Shown piece after piece: positions 30,079-39,994 of a DNA stretch of 64,000 nt. A model generated the notes under the pieces. It was not told where the DNA came from, ran no database searches, and saw nothing but the letters and a program-made list of their open reading frames with translations. The stretch comes from Minisyncoccia bacterium. GTDB lineage: Bacteria > Patescibacteriota > Minisyncoccia > Phycocordibacterales > CAIZLB01. Position 1 is the first letter of the stretch; each line of letters begins with the position of its first letter. The stretch covers positions 2,641 to 66,640 of the forward strand of contig JBGSHK010000008.1 in NCBI GenBank assembly GCA_041752275.1. The letters are read 5' to 3'. Position numbers and translations under genes: made by a program.

Positions 30079-32673
30079 ATGAGATTTACCGATAAAATAC
30101 TTATATTACTGTTTATTATATTATTCATTACCCCTAATAACATTTATGCTACGGTTTTCACCCCAAACCTATGTACGCCCAACAAATTATATGATCATGT
30201 TGCAAATCAAATAGATCAAAGAATAGTAGGTTTGTCAGGTTCAGATGATGATAAAAGACTTTTTGATATAAGAGGCAGTTTGACAAGTCCTTGGGTATAT
30301 AATGCTGATGCTTGGATTAATAAAGATGGTTTAGGAAATATTGATTTAACAGGTGCATCTCCTTGGAACTCTAGAGGTGGATATACCAGGGCAGGAACTC
30401 TTATTACACCTCAACATGCTATTTTGGCAGAACATTATTTATTAGAAGTAGGTGATACTATGCTTTTTGTCGCTTCTGACAATACTATCGTCACAAGAAC
30501 TGTTGTTGCTAAGGCACAAATAGCGTCCACTGATATACAGTTAGTAAAACTAAACTCTCCTGTACCTAACACTATAACTCATTATCCTATAATAGACAGT
30601 GATACTTTTGAAAAATATATAAATGACGGTATAGATATGAATAGTTTTACTTTACCTTTAATAACTTTAGATCAACAAGATAATTTACTTATTAAAAATA
30701 TAGCAAAAAGATTTTTATTTGGTCAAACTAGTATACAGCACAATATAGATCAAATAAATTCAGATAGATTCATGTTTGAAGAGTTATTAATAGGTGGTGA
30801 TTCTGGTAATCCTGCATTTGTGATTACAGGTAATAAACCTGTATTATTGTTTACTCACTTTAAGGCTTTTAATGGTCCATCTTTACCTTATTATAAAAAT
30901 CAAATAGAAAGTGCTATAGACTTAATGGGTGGAGAATATGATATATCAGATATGGATATAAATTGTTTTGATAGTCCTATTGTTATGAATGAAAATCCTT
31001 ATAGAGATTATTCGACCTCTATGATTTTAGGTGATAGTTTTGGTAGTAGTACTGTAAAGTATAATATAGACAATTCTCCCATAACATTTTCCATATATTC
31101 AGGAAATGATAGTGGTTATTTTGCTATAAATACAGCAACTGGAGAATTAACTTTGGCAACAACCTCTATACCTCAAACTGTAACCGATATGGGTTTAACA
31201 ATAAATGCTGTTAAAAATACAACAGGATATGTTTCAAGATTTTCTTATAAAATAAAACAAAACATAGCACCATATCTTATAAATGTTCCTGATAGTTTGA
31301 CTATATCAGAATTATTATCAAATAACTCACTTGTTACCACTTTTCAGGGTTATGATTTAAATAACGATGCACTCGATTATTCAATAGTTTCAGGAAATAC
31401 TAATAATGCATTTAGCATATCAACTACTACAGGTCAATTGAGAGTAAATAATAATCAACACATAGATTATGATTTAAATACTGTTTTTAACTTAACTATA
31501 CGTGTAAAAGAAAGAAATACAGTACAAAAATTATCCACAGATAAAAATATTATTATAAATATTGAAGATAAAAATTATGACTTTACTGAAAGCGAATATG
31601 TATTTTCTTTAGATGAAACTATAGCAACATCTACTTTTATAGGACAGGTTACAGCAAATATTTTAGATATAAACAGTATATCAACTACATATTATGAAAT
31701 ATCAGAAGGTAATGATAATAATTATTTTTCAATAGACTCAAGTGGAAATATTTATACAAGTGACAATTCTACTTTAGAAAACATAGAAGGAGGGCAAATA
31801 ATTAACCTGGTTGCGGGTGTTAAACCTGTAGGTGAAAATGATGTGTATAAAACAGTTCCAGTAAGATTGTTAATAACAAATACAATAAGACCTACTTTAT
31901 CAATAGATTTAAATCAGCAAGTAATTACTTTAAAAGAAGGGGAGACTTTTTCATTGAAACTTAGACTTTCTTCTGCTTATTCAAAAAATATATCAGGCTC
32001 ATTACATATAGATAATATAGCTTCTAATGCTATTTCTACCACCGATTATGTTGTAGATAATTATAATTTTGTTTTTAGTCCAGGGGATATTGAAAAAACA
32101 ATTAATATTCAAATAATTAATGATAATATTAGTGACAATTTAGAGTCTATTTTCATAAATGGATTTAATAATAAAAAAAGAATAACTGAAAATGTTAATA
32201 ATTTTTTAAATATTTTAATACTTGATTTAGTATTAAATACTTCGATTAGTAATAGTAATTCCGGTGGCGGAGGTGGTGGAGGTTCATTTTCAAGTCCAAT
32301 CAACACAGTATCTGTTCTTTCAAACACAAGTACAAGTACGAATGAATTTGTAATGGCTTCTTCTACAAATAAAACTATATCTGCAAACACTATAACAAAT
32401 AATACTCTTGATAAAACAATTAATGGTATAATTTTCTCAACAAATCTTAAACAAGGGTTTATAAATCAAGATGTAAAAAACCTACAAATATTTCTAAACA
32501 GTACAGGGTCTATAGTTGCAAAAAACGGTCCCGGATCAAAAGGAAATGAGACAAACTTCTTCGGTCCTGCAACACGTGCAGCTTTGATAAGATTTCAAAA
32601 AAGTAAAAATATAAAACCAGCTTCAGGATTCTTTGGACCTATTACAAGAAATGTGATCAATGATTTGAAATAG
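30079..32673 (+). CDS. large secreted/surface protein with a C-terminal peptidoglycan-binding-like domain
   Basis: N-terminal signal/TM segment, ~800 aa of Ser/Thr/Asn-rich repeats (cadherin/Ig-like flavour), a poly-Gly linker (SGGGGGGGS), and a C-terminal PG_binding_1-like motif (FFGPATRAALIRFQ...GFFGPITR). Confidence 0.6.
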   Translation: MRFTDKILILLFIILFITPNNIYATVFTPNLCTPNKLYDHVANQIDQRIVGLSGSDDDKRLFDIRGSLTSPWVYNADAWINKDGLGNIDLTGASPWNSRGGYTRAGTLITPQHAILAEHYLLEVGDTMLFVASDNTIVTRTVVAKAQIASTDIQLVKLNSPVPNTITHYPIIDSDTFEKYINDGIDMNSFTLPLITLDQQDNLLIKNIAKRFLFGQTSIQHNIDQINSDRFMFEELLIGGDSGNPAFVITGNKPVLLFTHFKAFNGPSLPYYKNQIESAIDLMGGEYDISDMDINCFDSPIVMNENPYRDYSTSMILGDSFGSSTVKYNIDNSPITFSIYSGNDSGYFAINTATGELTLATTSIPQTVTDMGLTINAVKNTTGYVSRFSYKIKQNIAPYLINVPDSLTISELLSNNSLVTTFQGYDLNNDALDYSIVSGNTNNAFSISTTTGQLRVNNNQHIDYDLNTVFNLTIRVKERNTVQKLSTDKNIIINIEDKNYDFTESEYVFSLDETIATSTFIGQVTANILDINSISTTYYEISEGNDNNYFSIDSSGNIYTSDNSTLENIEGGQIINLVAGVKPVGENDVYKTVPVRLLITNTIRPTLSIDLNQQVITLKEGETFSLKLRLSSAYSKNISGSLHIDNIASNAISTTDYVVDNYNFVFSPGDIEKTINIQIINDNISDNLESIFINGFNNKKRITENVNNFLNILILDLVLNTSISNSNSGGGGGGGSFSSPINTVSVLSNTSTSTNEFVMASSTNKTISANTITNNTLDKTINGIIFSTNLKQGFINQDVKNLQIFLNSTGSIVAKNGPGSKGNETNFFGPATRAALIRFQKSKNIKPASGFFGPITRNVINDLK

Positions 32674-32710
32674 ATGATGTTGGATGTTAAGTGTGGTATG
32701 ATGGTGTAAT

Positions 32711-33166
32711 ATGGAAAACTTACAACAACAAATCAAAAATAAAATAAAAGAAGCAATGATAGCCAAAGATGCTACACGTTTATCTGTTTTACGTGGCCTT
32801 TCTTCATCTATAACAAACGATTTGGTAGACAAAGGGCGTACACCTCAAGGAGAACTTACTGATGATGAGGTTTTGACTCTTATACGTCGTGCTGTTAAGC
32901 AAAGAAAAGATTCTATAGAACAGTTTACTGCAGGAGGTAGGGAAGATCTAGCGGTGTCTGAAAAAGAAGAACTTGCATATCTTGAAGTATATCTCCCTCA
33001 AATGATGAGTTTTACGGATGTGAAAAAAATAGTAGAATCAAAAAAAATAGAGCTAAATATAACAGATGTTAAAGATAAAGGTAAACTTATGTCAGAGATT
33101 ATGAAAGATTTAAAAGGTAAAGCAGAAGGTATGGATGTTAAAAATGCGGTTGACTCTTTGTTTTAG
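32711..33166 (+). CDS. GatB/YqeY-domain protein
   Basis: 151 aa; LSVLRGL...AGGREDLAVSEKEE...YLP pattern typical of YqeY. Confidence 0.7.
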   Translation: MENLQQQIKNKIKEAMIAKDATRLSVLRGLSSSITNDLVDKGRTPQGELTDDEVLTLIRRAVKQRKDSIEQFTAGGREDLAVSEKEELAYLEVYLPQMMSFTDVKKIVESKKIELNITDVKDKGKLMSEIMKDLKGKAEGMDVKNAVDSLF

Positions 33167-33669
33167 TATTTAACTTCTATAACATTATTTACTTCAGATT
33201 CTTTTATAGTTTTTATTAAAAAATATTTTAATTTACTTAATTCATCTGTAGGGTATTCAGCTTTATATATTTCATATATTTTATCATTAGTTTCAGTATC
33301 TACTTTTTCTAAAATATAAAAAACGTATCTATTCCCGAGTAATTTTCCAGATATTGCATCTTTTGCATCTGCTGGAACTTTATATTCAACCAAAGGATAT
33401 TCTGCTTTTATTAGTTTTTTGAAATCATTTCCCGTAAAATTAAATATTTTATATTCTTTATTTTGTATAACTACATACACATCAGATGATTTCAAAGATG
33501 TATCATTATTGTTTTTCCTTACTTCAAAATATGTATCAGATTTAAATATTGATATATTAAAATCACCCTGACTTATTTGATCTGTTTGTAACAAATATAA
33601 AAAAAGTGCTAAACCTAAAATCAAAACACTTAAAATAAAATTTTGCATCATATAGATATATTCTAACAT
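33163..33669 (-). CDS. hypothetical exported protein
   Basis: N-terminal hydrophobic segment; no recognisable family. Confidence 0.4.
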   Translation of the reverse strand: MLEYIYMMQNFILSVLILGLALFLYLLQTDQISQGDFNISIFKSDTYFEVRKNNNDTSLKSSDVYVVIQNKEYKIFNFTGNDFKKLIKAEYPLVEYKVPADAKDAISGKLLGNRYVFYILEKVDTETNDKIYEIYKAEYPTDELSKLKYFLIKTIKESEVNNVIEVKY

Positions 33670-33680
33670 AAAATTTATTT

Positions 33681-33752
33681 ACTTTGCTCAACCACGGTCC
33701 TCGAAAAATTATAACAATTTTTCTGCGGATGATTTCGCTACATAAATAAATT
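33681..33752 (+). repeat. copy C of the conserved intergenic module
   Basis: caaccacggtcctcg - hairpin (gaaaaattataacaatttttc) - tgcggatgatttcgctacataaataaa. Confidence 0.65.
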
Positions 33753-33805
33753 TAAGTATTTACAAAAAATAAAAAAACCGACCTATAAAAATAAGTCAGC
33801 ATTTT

Positions 33806-34176
33806 TATCATCCTCCTAACTATAAGCCGAATTCTGTATCAAATTTTATCGAAACAAAATTTGACGACAATCATTTATCTGGGATGAAGATTGCTCTTCA
33901 CCTCGAGCGGCACTTACGTGTAAACACGCACACGGCCTTGCACACATGTAAGAGTTTAGCCGTTTCACCCTTATTGTTTTTACAACACTAACAATAAGAT
34001 TGACCTCGTGTAGGCCTGTATCAACTTTCGTTGACACACGTCACTGCTCGCATCTCTCTGTTGCCAGAGAAGGGAGTTACCCTTTACAATCCTGCATGGA
34101 TAAATCCACGCGTGTGTTCGGACTTTCCTCTGTGTTTTCTCTAAAGAAATACAGCGATTGTCTGTTTGGAGGATGT
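33806..34176 (-). ncRNA. rnpB: RNase P RNA (bacterial type A)
   Basis: The minus strand carries AGAGGAAAGTCCGAAC (P4 5' strand), GGCAACAGAGAG, AAGGGTGAAACGG, GCAAGGCC and ACAGAATTCGGCTTATAG (P4 3' strand) in the canonical order. The P1 stem CATCCTCC/GGAGGATG sets the ends; ~371 nt. Confidence 0.85.
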
Positions 34177-34254
34177 ATTATATTTATACTGTTTTTGGGT
34201 TTTTGTCAATTTTTTTAGGTATATTAAAAATTGTTTTATGCTACAATAAACCCA

Positions 34255-35613
34255 ATGAAAATCATAGACATGTTAAAATCAAAGTCCATACAAAAAACGG
34301 CTCTCATGATTGCATTCTTTACTTTTTTAAGTCAGCTTTTATCCCTAGTTCGCGATAGATTGTTCGCAAATCAGATTGGCACAGGGCTTGTTCTCGACAG
34401 TTATTATTATGCATTTAAGATACCCGATATATTGTTTGCTGTTTTCACTGCTTTAGTTTCAGTGACAGTTCTGATACCTCTTTTGGTAAAATACGACAAA
34501 AACGGAGACTCTGTCACAATGAAAAAAGTTTATAATATTCTTTTTTCAGTCTTCTTTGTTTTCTCTACTGTTGTGATTTTGTTATTGTTGGTATTTATGC
34601 CATATCTTATAAAAAAATTTGTTGCTCCAGGAGTTATAGATGCTAATGCTATAGAAAATATTATTTTGTATTCTAGACTTTTGTTACTTCAACCTTTTTT
34701 CTTAGGACTTTCAAACCTCTTAGGTTCCTATACTCAGATGAAGGAGAGGTTTTTACTTTATTCTGTTTCACCACTTATTTATAACTTCTCCACAATACTT
34801 GGTTTAGTTTTCTTGTATCCAATATACGGCATACAAGGTGTTATATACGGTATTATTTTTGGAAGTATATTGCACGGACTTATACAAGTACCTTTTGTAA
34901 AGAGTCATAAGTTTTTGCCAGCTTTTGTTTTATTTAACAAAAAAGATTTGGGTATAGTGAAGGAAATAGTTTTAAGTTCACTCCCTCGAGCCTTTATACT
35001 TTCTTTATTTCAAATACAGTTTTTATTTTTCAATAGTTTTACATCGTTGTCGACTGCAGGCAATACCTCGATATTGAACTTTGCAAATAACCTTCAAGGT
35101 GTACCAATGGCCTTGATCGGTGTAAGTTTTGTTGTGGCTGCTTTTCCTAGATTTGCTAAAAAATACAGTGAGGGGGATGAAAAATCTTTTTGGAATATTT
35201 TCAAATATACTACAAAAAAGATTCTTATATATTGTGGACTGGCAACTGTTGCAGTATGGTTTTTGAAGGATTATATAGTTCTTATTATTCTTGGAAATAT
35301 AGAATCATATAAAATTATAGCTCTAGCCTTCGGTATATTTGTATTATCTTTAATACCACAATGTATACAATTACTTATTACTAGGGTTTATTATGCCAGA
35401 GGACAAAACTTAACTCCTGCTATTTTAAATACATTCTCGACAATATTAATAGTAACCTTGGCATATTTATCTGATAAAACGGCTGTGGGTATAGCAACAT
35501 CCTTTGCTATAGGTTCTTGGATATCTTGTTTGGTATTTTGGTTTAATATAAGTAAAGTTTTTAGATTAAATAAAGACAAAGAAAAAACTATAGAGGAGAT
35601 AATAAGGGTTTAG
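34255..35613 (+). CDS. murJ: lipid II flippase MurJ (MviN)
   Basis: N-terminal block LLSLVRDRLFANQIGTGLVLDSYYYAFKIPDILF matches MurJ; 14 TM segments. The ATG at 34255 is preferred over the TTG at 34231. Confidence 0.8.
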   Translation: MKIIDMLKSKSIQKTALMIAFFTFLSQLLSLVRDRLFANQIGTGLVLDSYYYAFKIPDILFAVFTALVSVTVLIPLLVKYDKNGDSVTMKKVYNILFSVFFVFSTVVILLLLVFMPYLIKKFVAPGVIDANAIENIILYSRLLLLQPFFLGLSNLLGSYTQMKERFLLYSVSPLIYNFSTILGLVFLYPIYGIQGVIYGIIFGSILHGLIQVPFVKSHKFLPAFVLFNKKDLGIVKEIVLSSLPRAFILSLFQIQFLFFNSFTSLSTAGNTSILNFANNLQGVPMALIGVSFVVAAFPRFAKKYSEGDEKSFWNIFKYTTKKILIYCGLATVAVWFLKDYIVLIILGNIESYKIIALAFGIFVLSLIPQCIQLLITRVYYARGQNLTPAILNTFSTILIVTLAYLSDKTAVGIATSFAIGSWISCLVFWFNISKVFRLNKDKEKTIEEIIRV

Positions 35614-35789
35614 ATAAATTTTTCTAAATAAAAAAGTATATTAAAAAATCTGACAGATATATTGTAAAAAATATTATATGTTCGTCTATAAAGCCATTTT
35701 GTACTATTTTCGTTGACATCAAAAAAAGGTATATTGGAACTATATAAAAATTTGCAGAGTGTCAAAATTGAGGTATATAATAATTCTCA

Positions 35790-36164
35790 ATGAAAACAAA
35801 TATAAACCAAAATGACAAAAGAATAATCACAAATGAACAACTATATGATCTTATGGTTTCATCTATTGCAGATTTAAGAAAATCAACTCTTGACGGTTTT
35901 GATAGGGTTTTTGAAGTGATTGATGAAAATAAACTTGAACTCAAGCAAGATATTAGTGATTTAAGAACAGAACTCAAGCAAGATATCAGTGACTTAAGAA
36001 CAGAGCTTAAACAAGATATTAGTGATTTAAGAACGGAACTCAAGGGTGATATTTTTGACTTAAGAAAAGAAATGAATCAAAGATTTACTTTTGTTGATGG
36101 CCGTTTTTCCAGTTTAGAAAATAATGTTGTATATAAACACCAATTATCTTCAAAGTTTGCATAA
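35790..36164 (+). CDS. small coiled-coil protein with 11-residue tandem repeats
   Basis: ELKQDISDLRT repeated about four times, encoded by 33-bp direct repeats. Confidence 0.5.
   Translation: MKTNINQNDKRIITNEQLYDLMVSSIADLRKSTLDGFDRVFEVIDENKLELKQDISDLRTELKQDISDLRTELKQDISDLRTELKGDIFDLRKEMNQRFTFVDGRFSSLENNVVYKHQLSSKFA
35935..36066 (+). repeat. 4 x 33-bp near-perfect tandem direct repeats (gaactcaagcaagatattagtgatttaagaaca)
   Basis: Four consecutive units with 1-4 substitutions each. Confidence 0.9.
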
Positions 36165-36170
36165 TTAAAA

Positions 36171-36494
36171 TTATTGTAAATCCAACTCTTGCTCAATATC
36201 TCTCTTTTTTATTTTTTCAGTTATTTTATTTAAAAATTTTATAGCCACAAAAACAGAAATTGTTATTATTAGAAAATTGATTATGTTGTTTATAAACATA
36301 CCTAACCTGATACCTGCAGGTGCCAAGGCAGAAAAATCAGTATTTCCGATAAGTTCAATACTTGGCATGATAATATCATCAACGAGCGAAGTGACTATTT
36401 TACCAAAAGCTGTTCCTATAACCACAGCAACGGCCAGATCCATCACATTTCCCTTGATAGCAAAGGCTTTAAATTCTTCCATAAAATTTTTCAT
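36171..36494 (-). CDS. mscL: large-conductance mechanosensitive channel MscL
   Basis: [38 protein letters not shown] matches the MscL N-terminus and TM1. Confidence 0.9.
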   Translation of the reverse strand: MKNFMEEFKAFAIKGNVMDLAVAVVIGTAFGKIVTSLVDDIIMPSIELIGNTDFSALAPAGIRLGMFINNIINFLIITISVFVAIKFLNKITEKIKKRDIEQELDLQ

Positions 36495-36557
36495 ATTTTC
36501 TTTGTTTTGTGATATATTAAATTATAATAACAATAATTATATAATATATACTCAAAA

Positions 36558-37571
36558 ATGTCTTTATTTTCAAAAAAACTCGGAATCGATCTAGGAACAG
36601 CAAATACTCTGGTTTTTTTGCCAGGTAAGGGTATCATCTTAAACGAACCTTCTGTTGTAGCTGTTTCTGAGGGTGATAATCAGATATTAGCAGTAGGTAT
36701 AGAGGCAAAAGATATGATTGGTAAGACACCAGATTCTATAATAGCTTATAGACCCATGAGAGATGGTGTTATTGCCGACTATAGAGTCACTGAGGCCATG
36801 CTCCGATACTTTATACACAAAGCTTTAGGTAGATGGAACATGATAGCTCCAGAGGTCATGATATCTGTTCCAGCCGGGGTTACATCAACAGAAAGACGTG
36901 CTGTTATAGAAGCTGCTATACGAGCTGGAGCTAAAAATGCATATGTTGTTAAAGAGCCTATACTCGCAGCCATAGGAGCTGGTATCTCTATACAAGACCC
37001 ATGTGGAAACATGATAGTTGATATAGGTGGAGGGACTACAGATGTTGCGGTTATTTCGCTAGGAGGCATAGTTGTTTGTTCTTCAGTTAAATGTGCGGGA
37101 ACTCGTATAGATAGTGCTATTATTGATTATGTAAAGAAAAATTATAACCTAGCTATAGGTGAAAAGACTGCGGAAGATATAAAAATAAAAATAGGTTCAG
37201 CCGTTACTGTAGAAGAGGAGCTTTCTATAACCATTAAAGGACGTGATTATATAACGGGTTTACCTCGACCTGTAGAACTTAAAACAAATGAAATAGTTAA
37301 AGCTATATCAAAAGAGCTTAGAGATATGATAAAGGCTATTAAAGATGTGTTACAAGAAACTCCACCTGAGTTGGCATCTGATATTATAGATCAAGGTATA
37401 ACCATGACAGGAGGATCTTCATTACTTAGAAACTTAGACGAATTAGTTTTTCGTAGAACTGGGGTAAAGGCCCGTGTTGCTGACGATGCATTATACTGTG
37501 TGTCAAAAGGAACTGGTATAGCACTTGATCATTTAAATGCATATAAAAAAGCAGTTATAACAAAAAGATAA
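36558..37571 (+). CDS. mreB: rod-shape-determining actin homolog MreB
   Basis: LGIDLGTANTLVF phosphate-1 motif; 337 aa. Confidence 0.9.
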   Translation: MSLFSKKLGIDLGTANTLVFLPGKGIILNEPSVVAVSEGDNQILAVGIEAKDMIGKTPDSIIAYRPMRDGVIADYRVTEAMLRYFIHKALGRWNMIAPEVMISVPAGVTSTERRAVIEAAIRAGAKNAYVVKEPILAAIGAGISIQDPCGNMIVDIGGGTTDVAVISLGGIVVCSSVKCAGTRIDSAIIDYVKKNYNLAIGEKTAEDIKIKIGSAVTVEEELSITIKGRDYITGLPRPVELKTNEIVKAISKELRDMIKAIKDVLQETPPELASDIIDQGITMTGGSSLLRNLDELVFRRTGVKARVADDALYCVSKGTGIALDHLNAYKKAVITKR

Positions 37572-37580
37572 TTTAACATC

Positions 37581-38141
37581 ATGATACAAAAAGGTGAAGC
37601 TATTTTATTAAAAACAAATAAAACTTTTGAAGAAAGAATTGATTTTGTAAATAATACTTTTGTAGAAAATCCGGACACCATTGTTTTAAAAAATAAAACT
37701 ATAGCCATAGATGATATACGTGATTTCCAAGATCATTTTCAAAAAACCTCCTTTGAGTCAAGTTCTGATTTTCAAAAACTTGGTATATTTATTTTTGACA
37801 ATATATCTGAGCAAGCTCAAAACTCTTTGTTAAAAATTTTGGAAGACATAGATAAAGAAAATTGTATTATTTTATATACAAATAAAAATATCAAGTTATT
37901 GTCAACTATACTGTCAAGAGTTGTGTCAAGAGATGAAGAGGAAAAAGGAAAAAAAAATAAACCAGAACTGCCAGACTTAACTGATAAAGAAAATCCCATA
38001 GACAAACAACAAGTTATAGAGTGGATAAAATACACCATAGAAAATAGTAAGATAAATAAAGATAAAAAGCCACTTATATGGATAAATAGCCCTTCACCTA
38101 ATATAAAATACATTATTGAATATGTTAACCTTTTTTATTAG
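37581..38141 (+). CDS. short DNA polymerase III delta'-like (HolB-like) AAA+ fragment protein
   Basis: IFIFDNISEQAQNSLLKILED...TILSRV resembles the delta' sensor-1/box VII region. Only 186 aa. Confidence 0.35.
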   Translation: MIQKGEAILLKTNKTFEERIDFVNNTFVENPDTIVLKNKTIAIDDIRDFQDHFQKTSFESSSDFQKLGIFIFDNISEQAQNSLLKILEDIDKENCIILYTNKNIKLLSTILSRVVSRDEEEKGKKNKPELPDLTDKENPIDKQQVIEWIKYTIENSKINKDKKPLIWINSPSPNIKYIIEYVNLFY

Positions 38142-38165
38142 TTCTATGAGAATATAATAACACAT

Positions 38166-39242
38166 ATGCGTATAGACAATGATATAAAACTTGATTATGA
38201 CGATGTTTTACTTAGACCTAAAAGATCTACTCTCACTTCAAGAAAAGATATCACACTCGAGCGAACTTTTACTTTTTTGCATTCTCCTAAAACATGGACT
38301 GGTGTACCTATAATGACAGCCAACATGGCATCTTGTGGAACTTTTTCGATGGCTAAAGCTTTGAGTAAATATAAAATCATAACTACTTTTCATAAATATT
38401 ATGGGGTGCAAGATTATGCAAAGTTTTTCAAAAATTTTAAAAATCCTGATTATGTAGCTTATACACTTGGTATACGAGATGAAGACATAGAAAAATTAAA
38501 AAAGATGAAAACAAAAAAGTTACTCGATAACTTTTCTTTTATTTGTCTTGATGTACCGAACGGCTATCTAGAAAGATTTTTGGAAGTTATAAAAGAGATA
38601 CGAGCTATATGTCCAAAACATATTATAATAGCAGGGAATGTTGTTACCAATGAAATGACTGAAGAAATACTTTTGTCTGGCGCTGACATAGTGAAAGTTG
38701 GTATCGGTCCAGGATCAGTGTGTACGACAAGACGTATGACAGGGGTTGGTTATCCTCAACTTTCTGCAGTTATAGAATGTGCTGATGCGGCTCACGGTAT
38801 ATCAAATAAGAAAGGGCATTGCGGCCTTGTGATAGCTGATGGTGGTCAAAAATATCCATCATGTGTTGCTAAAGCTTTTTGTGGTGGTGCTGACTTCAAC
38901 ATGTCAGGATCTTTGTTTTCAGGTTATGAAGAATCAGGTGGAGAAACTATAGATAAAGATGGAAAAAAATATAAAGAATATTTTGGTTCAAGTTCAAATA
39001 AAGCACTACAAGAATTTTATGGAAAAAAAGATATACATCGTGCATCAGAGGGAAGATATGTACTTATACCTTACAAAGGTGAGATTGATGTTTTTATACA
39101 AGATTTGTTTGGATCCCTACGAAGTACATGTACATATCTAGGAGCAAGGTTTATAAAAGAATTATCAAAGAGAACAACTTTTATTAGGGTGAGTAGGCAG
39201 TTAAATACTTCATTGGAAAATTTTGATATAAATAATGGCTAA
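38166..39242 (+). CDS. guaC: GMP reductase
   Basis: N-terminus (RIDNDIKLDYDDVLLRPKRSTL...ERTFTF...GVPIMTANM...GTFSMAKAL) aligns closely with GuaC; IMPDH/GuaC TIM barrel. Confidence 0.8.
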   Translation: MRIDNDIKLDYDDVLLRPKRSTLTSRKDITLERTFTFLHSPKTWTGVPIMTANMASCGTFSMAKALSKYKIITTFHKYYGVQDYAKFFKNFKNPDYVAYTLGIRDEDIEKLKKMKTKKLLDNFSFICLDVPNGYLERFLEVIKEIRAICPKHIIIAGNVVTNEMTEEILLSGADIVKVGIGPGSVCTTRRMTGVGYPQLSAVIECADAAHGISNKKGHCGLVIADGGQKYPSCVAKAFCGGADFNMSGSLFSGYEESGGETIDKDGKKYKEYFGSSSNKALQEFYGKKDIHRASEGRYVLIPYKGEIDVFIQDLFGSLRSTCTYLGARFIKELSKRTTFIRVSRQLNTSLENFDINNG

Positions 39243-39534
39243 AATAAAAGATCTCAAAGAAAAAGTATATAAAGAAATCTCTAAAATAAAAAAGGGTAAG
39301 GTTTTGACATATAAAGAACTTGCTTTAAAAGTAGGTAGTCCAAAAGCCATAAGGGCGGTGGCGACTATTGTAGGAAAAAATCCAAATCAAATAGTGGTCC
39401 CATGTCATAGGGTTATAAGGTCAGATGGAAAAGTGGGTGAGTATACATATAAAGGAAAAAGAAATCAGAAGATGAAGATAAAAATTTTAATAGAGGAGGG
39501 AGTGAATATAAAAGATGAGAAAGTTATGATATAA
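39235..39534 (+). CDS. methylated-DNA-protein-cysteine methyltransferase DNA-binding domain protein
   Basis: PCHRVI active-site motif in a 99-aa stand-alone domain. Confidence 0.7.
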   Translation: MAKIKDLKEKVYKEISKIKKGKVLTYKELALKVGSPKAIRAVATIVGKNPNQIVVPCHRVIRSDGKVGEYTYKGKRNQKMKIKILIEEGVNIKDEKVMI

Positions 39535-39541
39535 TATTTTT

Positions 39542-39901
39542 ATGAACAAACTAACATTTGAAGAGGAAGATGTAATAGTCTATAAAAAAACAGAAGCACC
39601 TTTTAAAGGTAAATATGTAAACTTTAAAGATGCGGGAATTTACGCTTGCAAGAGATGTGATGCGCCGCTGTACAAATCAGAAGATAAATTTGAATCTGAT
39701 TGCGGTTGGCCAAGTTTTGACAATGCAGTTGATGGGGCAGTCAAAGAATTGCCTGATGCTGATGGAAGAAGGGTTGAGATAGTTTGTAATAATTGTGGCG
39801 GGCACCTAGGGCATGTTTTTAGAGGGGAAAATATGACAGGGAAGAATATAAGATATTGTGTGAATTCTATTAGTATGAATTTTAAGGCGGGGGAGAAATA
39901 A
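39542..39901 (+). CDS. msrB: peptide-methionine (R)-S-oxide reductase MsrB
   Basis: Two CxxC pairs plus CGWPSF and HLGHVF motifs. Confidence 0.9.
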   Translation: MNKLTFEEEDVIVYKKTEAPFKGKYVNFKDAGIYACKRCDAPLYKSEDKFESDCGWPSFDNAVDGAVKELPDADGRRVEIVCNNCGGHLGHVFRGENMTGKNIRYCVNSISMNFKAGEK

Positions 39902-39994
39902 AATATTTGATTTTTAGTTTATATTGTGTTACCATGTTCACATTCAAATCGACTACGTGGTCGGTAATTCGCAAGTACAAAAACAAAAATAAAC

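Noticed and set aside
33846-34358. ORF-track proteins 33846..34037(-), 34000..34218(+) and 34158..34358(+)
   Set aside because: They lie on or beside the RNase P RNA gene. The conserved rnpB blocks explain the sequence, and the ORFs have no protein-like features.
35762-36043. Minus-strand 93-aa ORF (SVLKSLISCLS repeats)
   Set aside because: It is a reverse-frame image of the 33-bp tandem repeats. The plus-strand ORF has a proper start and context.
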